Source: Azolla caroliniana
Lineage: Eukaryota > Plantae > Polypodiophyta
NCBI GenBank assembly: GCA_043228905.1
Contig: JBHGNT010000007.1
Coordinates: 16,120,001-16,184,000, forward strand
Reading direction: 5' to 3'
Length of the DNA: 64,000 nt
Shown in pieces: positions 38,157-47,185 of the stretch. The notes below the pieces were generated by a model, which was not told the origin of the DNA, ran no database searches, and worked only from the letters and a program-made list of their open reading frames with translations. Numbering within the stretch: position 1 is the first letter of the stretch; each line of letters begins with the position of its first letter. A program made the translations under genes and the position numbers.

Positions 38157-39689
38157 TCAGAAGTTCCCGACGTGAGGAATGAGTAGGGAGTACCATTCGG
38201 CGCTGGGCTCGTTGAAGCAGAGATTCTTCCATTCCTTGATTGTTCCGGCCGTGGCCAATGCCAAGGTGGCCAAGCTCAACCACGGGGAGAGGATCCACAT
38301 GTTCCAAAGTTGTAGATGTCGAAATGGCGGTACAAGGAGAATGACAGCTAAACACACAGCCGATGCGTAGCACACACGGGAATGATGAGCGGCTTTCTTG
38401 AAGTAGGAACCGTATCGGAATAGCATGGAGGATGGCAGCCAACTGGTGCAGATAATGATGATGAGAAATCCGACAATGTAGAGGGCTCTGAGGGAAAGAG
38501 GCTCTTTTTCCTCTTTAACTTTCTCGGCTTCTTGGATGTGCTTGACTTGCTGCTGGAAGGATGAGAACTCGGCCGGGGTGAGGTTAATGAGGACTGGGCG
38601 TTGGGTGCTAATGCTGCCAAACATTTGGAACAAGACCTGGAGTAGCGACACGCATGAGAAGAACATCGCTACTACCTCGATCGGTGACATGATTCGGTCC
38701 TCGAAGATGCGGATCATGCCGCTCACAATGTAGCCCAGGGATTGCAATCCCAGGAGCATCATCCCCCACGAAGTGTTCGTGCGCAGATAGCTCAGCTCCT
38801 CGTAATCGGGAACGAACCCTAGCTGCAACAAGGCCTGTTTCTGTGCAGGTTCACGCAAAAACATTACTCTGTCGAGAACTGCCGACAGTTCAGACGAATC
38901 GTCGTTGTTGTTCGTGCTGCATTCGGGCATGGGGACTATATGCTCTTCCTGCTCATTCACACTACCGGTGCCCCCTGGCGCATGTGAGGTACCCCCATCT
39001 TTCATGGATAATGGACTGTGCTTATAGCACAGCATTTCCTTCCCTTGTATCTGCAGCGGATGAGTGGCTTCCAGATCTTGCAATCTCTTTGTTTTTGATG
39101 GCGTGGGTGCTGTTGGTGGCGATGGAGAGGGATCAATGACCTTGTTAACGTCGAATTTGCCAGTTTTGAGAATGATCTTTAATTCAGATAAATGCGGCCG
39201 AATCCGGTTCCTCATGATTTCGAATACGATACTCATCACTTCGATTAGGACACAGCATGACTCAGAGGACTCGATATTTTCAGGGTTCCAGTATTCTTCT
39301 CCTGAGTATCCGATCCATATGTCTGCCACCATAAGGACTTTAAGTGATCGAGGATCCCAATACAATTCCTTGTCACTACTCCCGCTGCTGCGTTTCAATG
39401 GCTCACCTTGCCAGAATTTCTTCCTTTTTAATCTCCACGATGTCTTCCAGGTATTAACGCTGCTGGAGAATGCTGCCATAGCTCCAAGTCCCGGCACCGT
39501 CATAGCCGTGAGAATCTTTATGAAGTAGCTGATGCGTATACCCAGTACTTGTGCCACGAACGACCTATTCATTAGGTCTGCAGCCTGAGCCAGGTAGATC
39601 ATGAAGACGGTCACCACACCGGAGAGAGTGGCAAACAGGGATCGCTCATCCCCAGAAAATGGTGTACAGCTGCCTACAGCTTCTGCCAT
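38157..39689 (-). CDS. Uncharacterised intronless ~7-TM membrane protein, 510 aa (paralogue 1), fungal-family-like
   Basis: Long intact ORF with a conserved paralogue at 45241-46794. Two N-terminal and five C-terminal hydrophobic segments; ends W...IPHVGNF. Confidence 0.9.
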   Translation of the reverse strand: MAEAVGSCTPFSGDERSLFATLSGVVTVFMIYLAQAADLMNRSFVAQVLGIRISYFIKILTAMTVPGLGAMAAFSSSVNTWKTSWRLKRKKFWQGEPLKRSSGSSDKELYWDPRSLKVLMVADIWIGYSGEEYWNPENIESSESCCVLIEVMSIVFEIMRNRIRPHLSELKIILKTGKFDVNKVIDPSPSPPTAPTPSKTKRLQDLEATHPLQIQGKEMLCYKHSPLSMKDGGTSHAPGGTGSVNEQEEHIVPMPECSTNNNDDSSELSAVLDRVMFLREPAQKQALLQLGFVPDYEELSYLRTNTSWGMMLLGLQSLGYIVSGMIRIFEDRIMSPIEVVAMFFSCVSLLQVLFQMFGSISTQRPVLINLTPAEFSSFQQQVKHIQEAEKVKEEKEPLSLRALYIVGFLIIIICTSWLPSSMLFRYGSYFKKAAHHSRVCYASAVCLAVILLVPPFRHLQLWNMWILSPWLSLATLALATAGTIKEWKNLCFNEPSAEWYSLLIPHVGNF

Positions 39690-39784
39690 AGTAATTAAAC
39701 TGAAATTAAGTGCGAGTTTAAGCAGGGTTAGGCTTCTGATTAAGAGTTCGGCGCATCAAATGATTCACCGTAATTAGTGAGTCA

Positions 39785-39925
39785 GTCCTGATGCCAGAGC
39801 AAACTACTTCATAAAGCAACTTTGCCCCTCATTGACTTTGTCCTGATGCCAGAGCAAACTACTTAATAAAGCAACTTTGCCCCTCATTGACTTTGGAAAC
39901 CAACTTTTGCCTCTCATTGACTGCT
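39785..39925. promoter_or_regulatory. W-box (TTGACT) cluster upstream of paralogue 1, partly created by a 55-bp tandem duplication
   Basis: TTGACT at 39832, 39887 and 39917; further W-boxes near 40036, 40101 and 40189. Confidence 0.65.
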
Positions 39926-41317
39926 CACTTGTCCAGGGCAACATCGCTTTCGATATTGTCAACAATAATGATAATTCATTTTGTCATTGAATGATGGGCG
40001 GCATTAAAGTGTGTATATCTTTAAGGAGTCTGACAAGTCAAGGCCTTTCATTGGTTTTGGTTGGTCTTGTCTAGTGTACCACCTTGCGTTTCATTCATAT
40101 TGACCCATGCTCCAAAGAAGATTCGGCTTTCCCATAGTGTTCAATAATCCATTTGCCATTGATACACATCACATAAGCATTGATCATTTTGACTTCTCTT
40201 ACAATATGTTCAATAATTCATCTCTCATTGATAGTAGAGAGCTTTCTCGAGGAATTCATCACTTTGGCTTTTCTTAGACAAAGTTGAGAGCTTTTATTTT
40301 TGCTATCTATTCATTTGTTGTCGCATTTGTAGTGATTAAAAGAAACAAGTCACGAAGTTATCCTTTCTCTATCTTACTAGTCATATCACCTTGCAAGAAA
40401 GAGAACAGTCTCCCTTGAAACCCTACCAAGCTCCGAATTTTAGAAGACTTTTACACACCAACAACTTGTCTCTTGGTATTTGGATCCCCCGACTTCTGGA
40501 ATGCTCCAATCCGACGTAAGCATCTAGCTCGGGATTGATACCCGTTAAAATGTCTCTAAAGAGGGTGGGTTTTGTGTCAGATGAATCGACAAAAGTGAAG
40601 GGGCCTAAGTTGGCCAATTTCATACACTCGAATGAGATGAAGGTGGGGCCTTCTTGTTCCTCCTTAACAGAATTTAAGAAGAAGAAGAAATTATCCCTCC
40701 ACTAATTCTAATCCCAAGTTTTTACTCTCAACTTTACAGATTAAATAGGTCTTAACGAGACTTCACAGTTAAGTACAGATACACATACGATAAGTACATG
40801 TATAAAGACAACAACCATTTCCATTATTATGAAAGTATATGGCACGCATACAAGAGGTAGATTCATAAGGGTTTCGCTAAGTAGCAATTAACCTTAGTTA
40901 TGCTCTACTTGAACTAAATGATTGGTTACTAGAGCTCTACCAAGGTTTGTCGAGAACAGAAAGTTGAAGTGCTACTACAACCCTTTAAGATTAAAATTTG
41001 TATTTACCCAACAACAACATACAGGAACAATTGAAGAAATCCAAAGCACACATTGTTGGACTTGAAACTCACCAACCTTTGGAATATTGGCCAAACTTAA
41101 AATCCAAGGTCAAACACGCCCTATTGCAATAGCTTTTATGATCAAGGCTACATCCGAGATGCTCTATTGTTCATGTCAAAATCAAGAAATTCCTTGGTTA
41201 GACATGGTGGACATTGCCACAACATCTACATTAATCTTGCCTCAAATTTTGGAGTTCCTCAAATTCAAGGGACCTCAATATAAGAAGGCTAGCTATTCGC
41301 CATCTTATTAGGGAGGT

Positions 41318-41560
41318 TGTCAAGGTTCCGAGACAGAGAGGAGAGAGAATCATAACACACAAACAAACAAACAAGCATGACTAACACAAAAGTAAGTATT
41401 TTATAAAAAAGGAGTACAAGGATAGAAATAACTTAGGGGCTTAAGATTGGCGTTAAACCGAATTATTGCTATTTATAGGGCCTTTAGGAGCATAACCTGA
41501 AGTTTCTAGAATGTTCTGAAGAATTCTAGAATATTCATGGAGTTTCAAGATTATTCTATA
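41318..41560 (-). mobile_element. LTR-like fragment abutting and truncating the thioredoxin first exon
   Basis: TGTCAAGG boundary, reverse TATA CTATTTATAGG and TTCTAGAA repeats typical of LTRs. Confidence 0.4.
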
Positions 41561-42441
41561 AGGTCACCATCCAAATCGACAAGCTCGTATGTCTCACCTC
41601 TCCATCGCTCTTTCAAGCAGACCCCGAGTCTCTGTATTTCTCAATCATGCATGTCCTTGAAATTGATGCTTGTGCGTGGCTTTGTGCAGGTTGTGAGCAT
41701 GTATTATGCATCCTGGAGCTCCCCTTCCAAGGCCATGTATGATGTGATGGTGAAACTGACCGCGGTACAAAACCCTAATCAGGTCATCTTCTGCAAGGTT
41801 GACATCAATGAATCCAAGGTAACTTCTCTTCTGTCTCTCTATCTCATTCTAGGGTTTCAGGATTCCTAAAATTTTGCAGAATACCCCTATGTAGCTGTAA
41901 ATTTTCAAAGAAGATCCGCAGGCAGTAAGTATTCTGATAAATGTGGAAATCTTACTAGGGATATTTTGGTTTTTGCTACACTTTACAGCCATGAAGGCAT
42001 TTGAGCAGTATGCAATGTACGTACCATGTTTTGCTATTTGAAACTGCGAGCACATGATTTGTAATGATATTGTCATATGCAGAACATTGCCACTTGATTT
42101 GTAATGATATTGTCATATGCAGAACATCTCCACTCATGATTTGTAATGATATTTGTCATATGCAAGGCATCTCCACTCATGATTTGGAATGATATTTGTC
42201 ATATGCAGGGCATCTCCACTCATGATTTGTAATGATATTCGTCATATGCGGGGCATCTCCACTCATGATTTGCAATGATATTTGTCCTATGCAGGACATC
42301 TCCACTCGAATGGTGGTTCGCATGGTACCCACCATCATCTTCACACGGGAAGGAAAAGAAGTAGGCAGGATGAAGAGCGTCGTAAGCATTCAACACCTCC
42401 AGGGGAAGATCACATCGCTTTTACAACCGCAAATGACATGA
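41560..42441 (+). pseudogene. Thioredoxin-h-like gene with a WSSPS active site; exon 1 remnant ends 41586, exon 2 is 41690-41818, exon 3 is 42295-42441
   Basis: Spliced reading ...IDKL|VVSMYYASWSSPSKAM...FCKVDINESK|DISTRMVVRMVPTIIFTREGKEVGR...*. Intron positions are Trx-h-like with GT/AG ends; the exon 1 remnant has no in-frame ATG. Confidence 0.75.
42053..42306 (+). repeat. Minisatellite of six ~41-43-bp copies of the thioredoxin 3' splice-site region
   Basis: Unit CATGATTTGTAATGATATTTGTCATATGCAG|RRCATCTCCACT; the last copy supplies the in-frame acceptor. Confidence 0.9.
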
Positions 42442-43482
42442 GAACTTTTTGTGGGTTAGCACCGCGAAGAAGAAGTGGTTTGAGAAATTCTTTCCTCGGT
42501 ATGAATGAGTAAGCTAGTTTTAAGAACCCTTGGCTAGTGGTTTGCCTATACTGTAGGCCATATGTGTGTAATTGAAACAGTTTTGTTCCCAACTTTTGCC
42601 CCTTCTGAACCTTCACTTGCACCCTTGGGTTTTCACAACTAATCAACAATTGCTGCCTCATCAGCACTACATTCCATCTCCTTCATTTGTCCACATCAAA
42701 GGAAGCCTCTGGTTCAGAAGCTTGGCGTTACGAGGTTTACTTCCATGAGCCACTAACTGGGTGTGTGCCTACCTACCTTGTATTTACCCCCAAGAGGATG
42801 TTAATTCTATTAATTAGCCGCTTTTACGCTCAATAATCTTTTCTTGCTTTTAACATCTTCTATAGCATGAGAACTGTTTTGGTCATCAATCAGCCTTAAT
42901 AGGATCCAACAATTAACAAAACATGCTGAAAGATTTATCCACGATAAACGGAAATGAACTTTTAAGATTGATTATTAGCATTCCTCAAGATCTCTTGAAT
43001 TCTCTTTAATCTCTGTTATACATGATGTATATGTTTGACAACTGCTCGCCATAATGAGATTGGACTAGTAAAGCATTAAATTGATGCAGGAGTAATATGC
43101 ACAAACCTATAGCAGTATGGGCACATCATACATGATGACCCCATATGCTCCCCATATTCTACATTCAATCTTTACCGGAGTTACAAATTTAGGACATAAA
43201 TTGAAACTGAGCTAGATTGAAATACAGTCCATTCTATTATCATGTGCACAATCCCATTTTTAACACATTTGAAGTAATTGGCTCCCGGTATACCTTGAAG
43301 TAACACATTTTTAACACATTTGAAGTAATTAAGTATTAACATTACAAAAAGTACTCTTTTCTTTTAGCCAAAAATTATACTTTTTGTGTACACCATAGCG
43401 TGCTTCAACCCAAGGGTTATGACTAAGGGTTTAGAGATATATGGCTCAAGAGGATAACACTCCTATTCTTTTATCAAAACTT

Positions 43483-45106
43483 GGCTTTGATACCATGTAG
43501 CAATTATAACTTCGAAGGAGATGAACACAAAGCTAAGAAGGTACTAAATGGATAATAGAACTAAAATAAGAACTTGTAAATATGTGCTTAGATGTGTTGA
43601 GGCAGGTGCTCTAGCCTTTAAATACGTTTTGAAATGTGAATATCACAAACTTATTATATCTATTTTTAGATACTAACACGTTTCATTAACTAAATTCTTA
43701 GTTTTCAATATTGTGAAATGCACATAAGAGATCGAAACCAACGTACTTAGTGCCTTACTTCTTGCTCAATTTATAGTTGATACAAAGGTACCTATTTGGG
43801 TTGGTTTAACTACATGTGTGCTAAAAAGGGTGTGCAAAGAGGGTGGCACAAAGGAACACATGCACACCACATTTCCCCACTGAGAGAAACAAGAAGGTTT
43901 ACGACATGGGAAAGGAATGGGGGTTAGAAGCTAGGCTTGGGGTGGCAAATGGCTTGATGCAGACAACATGGGAGGAGGTGAATCAGTTGTTTGAATCGCA
44001 TCGGAACAAGTACATGGTGGATCTAATGGCACGAACTACGGTGAACGAGCCGAATCCCTCGATGCTTCTGGCACAGTTGTGCAACTTGTAGGTTCCGGGA
44101 GTTAGCTTGTCAAAGGATGTGGAGCATCTGGTGGAGATAGAGCCCCCAAGTGGCACTATCCATGTTGGTAGGGTTGGAATGGTTCAATGGATGATTCTGG
44201 TGGGAGGGGAGGCGAGGGTCACGCCCATAGAGTGCTTGAAAATGGTTGATTTGTGCGACCATCTCTTGCTTGAGGGTCTTCTCGAGGCATTCATGAAGCC
44301 ATTTGTCAGAAAGATCAATCGCATTTGTGTCAATTGCTCCTATGGACAGGAGGATGAGGCCATTTGCCTAAAAGATCAATTGCACCTAGACTTGGTTGAG
44401 ATGGAGGAAAAGAGATTTATCATGTAGGAGGGGGATCACGGAGAGATCAATTGGCAAAGAAAGATCCATCGCTCCTACGGATTGACAGCCACTTCGATTT
44501 GGTTGAGACGGGGGACAGGAAGGCTATCGTGTACGAGCTAACAATTGGCAGATAAAGATAAATCGCCCTTGTGGACAGAGGGCCACCTAGACTTGGCTGA
44601 GGTGGGGGACAGGGGGCTATCGTGTACGTGCTAACAATCGACGGATAAAGATCAATTGCTCCTGTGAATTGCGAGTATGTTTGGGCTTGATTGAGGTGGG
44701 GGCCAGGAGGGCTATCGTGTACGAGCTAAGGTGGTGCTAATGGAAAAGATACTACTACTAGAGACTAACAAGATAATGTCGGTCGAGTGATTGATGGTTG
44801 CGAGAGCGATGCATCCCTTCAAAGCGGAAGAGGCGGATGCTTGGACGTAGGGGACTGGTACCCCGCTTCTCCACCAATATGTGAAATGCACATAAGAGAT
44901 CAAAATGAGCCTACTTACTTCTTACTCAATTTATAGTTGATACAAAGGTACCCATTTGGATTGTCTTAGCCAACATGCTTGCTAAAAAGGTGGGTTGACT
45001 TAGGTACATGCATGCAAAAAAGGGTGTGCTAAAAGGGTGACATAAAGGAACACATGCAGACCACAATATATTAGAGTTTTGTTTATATTAAAAGTTAGTT
45101 CCAACA
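43483..45106 (-). mobile_element. 5' LTR plus PBS-Met of a decayed LTR element, interrupted by the mini LTR element
   Basis: GGCTTTGATACCA at 43483-43495; LTR from 43496 (TGTAG), resuming at 45070 and ending ...CCAACA at 45106. Confidence 0.55.
43712..45065 (-). mobile_element. Small non-autonomous LTR element (TRIM-like) primed by tRNA-Ala
   Basis: LTRs 43712-43871 and 44880-45065 (TG..CA). PBS TGGTGGAGAAGCGGGGT at 44860-44876; PPT AGTGGGGAAA; ATAT flanks; internal tandem repeats at 44310-44730. Confidence 0.8.
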
Positions 45107-45240
45107 ATTCCAAAACTACATAGGAAACATCATTCATTATGTGTTGCACCCGAGGGAGCTAGATAATGAAGACACAATGAAAGATTGTTATTATGGTACA
45201 CTATGAGAGAAGGCTCATGCCGTGCAGAGAAAAACACTTA

Positions 45241-46794
45241 TCAGAAGTTCCCGACGTGAGGAATGAGTACCGAGTACCATTCGCCACTGGGCTCATTGAA
45301 ACAGAGATTCTTCCATTCCTTTATCGTTCCTGCCGCAGCCAATGCGATGGTGGTCAAGCTTAGCAATGGTAAGAAGAACGGCATGTCCCCAAGGTTTTCA
45401 TGAACAAATGGTGGTGTAAGGAGAATGATGCCAAAGCACACTGCTGACCCGAACCAGAGACGGGAGTGATGAGCGGCTTTCTTGAAGTATGAACCATAAC
45501 GAAACACCATGAACAATGGCAACCAACTGGTGCAGATAATGATGAACAGATATCCGACCACGTAGAGGTTTGCGCTTCCACGAGGCACTCGTTCTGTTTC
45601 ATTGGCTTCTTTGATGTGCTGGACTTGTTTTTGGAAGGATGAGAACTCAGCCGGGGTAAGGTAAATGAGGATTGTGCGTTGGGTACTAATGCCGCCAAAC
45701 ATTTGGAACAAGACCTGGATTAGGGACACGCATGAGAGGAACATCGCCACTACCTCAATCGGTGACATGATTCGGTCCTCGAAGATGCGGATCATGCCAC
45801 TTACTATGTAGCCCAGGGATTGGAGTGCCAGGAGCGTCATCCCCCACGAAGTATTGGTGCGCAGATAGCTCAGCTCCTCGTAATCGGGAACGAACCCTAG
45901 CTGCAACAAGGCCTGTTTATCAATGGGATGCAAAAACATCACACGCTGTTGTAGTCGCGCATCTTCATCAACTGGTTCTCCTGATGGCAGTTCATTTGAA
46001 ATGTCGTGGTGGTCCCTGTTGCATTCGGAGATGGGGACTATATGGTGCTCCTGCTCATTCAGATTATCGGCCCCTCCCGCATGTGAGCAACCATCATCTT
46101 TGATGGGTAATGCACTGAGCTTATAGTACAGCATGTCCTTACCTTGTATCTTCAGCGGATGAGTGGCTTCCACATCTGGCAAACTCTTTGGTTTTGATTT
46201 GTTATCTTCCTTGGGGGATGTTGGTGGCAGCGGAGACGAAAAAATGTCATTTTTCATCTCGATTTCTTCAAATTGGACTTTGACCCTTAATCCAAATAAA
46301 TCCTTACTCGCCTCTTCTTCTTGCACATCGATTGGGTTACTGACCACGGCTTCATTTGTGCTACCATTATTACCGGCATTTTCAGGGATCTCGCCTTCTC
46401 CGGAATAAGCGATCCATATCTGTGCCACCAGAAGAGCTTTAAGTGTTCGAGGATCCCAATATAATTGGCTGTCATTACTCCCTCTGCTGGCTTCCAATGG
46501 CTTACCTTGCCAGAATTTGTCCGTCTTTAGTTTCCATGATATCTTCCAGGTATTAACGCTGCTGGAGAAGGCTGCCACAGCTCCAATTCCAGGTACCACC
46601 ATGGCCGTGAGAATCTTTCCGAAGTAGCTGTTGGGTTCGCCCACTAGCATTTCGAAGAGCGGCCCATTCATCAGGTCTGCAGCCTGAGCCAGGAAGATCA
46701 TGAAGACTGTCACCACACCAGAGAGAGTGGCAAACAAGGATCGCTCATCCCCGGAAAATGGTGTACATGATGAGCTGCCTACATCTTGTGCCAT
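45241..46794 (-). CDS. Uncharacterised intronless ~7-TM membrane protein, 517 aa (paralogue 2), fungal-family-like
   Basis: Intact ORF sharing identical blocks with paralogue 1, e.g. CTPFSGDERSLFATLSGVVTVFMI, KQALLQLGFVPDYEELSYLRTNTSWGM and IPHVGNF. Confidence 0.9.
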   Translation of the reverse strand: MAQDVGSSSCTPFSGDERSLFATLSGVVTVFMIFLAQAADLMNGPLFEMLVGEPNSYFGKILTAMVVPGIGAVAAFSSSVNTWKISWKLKTDKFWQGKPLEASRGSNDSQLYWDPRTLKALLVAQIWIAYSGEGEIPENAGNNGSTNEAVVSNPIDVQEEEASKDLFGLRVKVQFEEIEMKNDIFSSPLPPTSPKEDNKSKPKSLPDVEATHPLKIQGKDMLYYKLSALPIKDDGCSHAGGADNLNEQEHHIVPISECNRDHHDISNELPSGEPVDEDARLQQRVMFLHPIDKQALLQLGFVPDYEELSYLRTNTSWGMTLLALQSLGYIVSGMIRIFEDRIMSPIEVVAMFLSCVSLIQVLFQMFGGISTQRTILIYLTPAEFSSFQKQVQHIKEANETERVPRGSANLYVVGYLFIIICTSWLPLFMVFRYGSYFKKAAHHSRLWFGSAVCFGIILLTPPFVHENLGDMPFFLPLLSLTTIALAAAGTIKEWKNLCFNEPSGEWYSVLIPHVGNF

Positions 46795-46974
46795 AAATCA
46801 ATTGCGGTTTGGGGCGGCCTAAGCTTCTGAGGGTGGTCAAGAAGAGAAAAAGGACTGAGATAAAGTGTGAGTTTAGGCAGGTGTAGGCTTCTGATAAAGA
46901 GTTTGGTGCGTCATAAGAATCACCGTAGTTAGTTAGTCCATGCTAGAGCACATTAAAATATATGAAGGAAAGTA

Positions 46975-47185
46975 ACTTGCCTGCCTTTCATTGACTTTGG
47001 AAATCAACTTGCCTCTCATTGACTTTCGAAAGTGACTTTGCCTCTCATTTATTGACTGGTAGGTTCATGAGACTTTCAAAAGGCACTTTGCCTCTCATTG
47101 ACTTTCAAAAGTGACTTTGCCTCTCATTGACTGGTAGGTTCATGAGAGCCCCTTGCTTTCCGTTTACTCGAGGTTATAGTCAATC
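46975..47185. promoter_or_regulatory. Amplified W-box array upstream of paralogue 2
   Basis: TTGACT at 46991, 47019, 47052, 47099 and 47127; AGTCAA at 47178; plus GTGACT cores in CTTTGCCTCTCATTGAC units. Confidence 0.7.

Noticed and set aside
42053-42306. CRISPR-like regular repeats, also at 35230-35890
   Set aside because: Eukaryotic context, no unique spacers and no cas genes; these are degenerate tandem or subterminal repeats.
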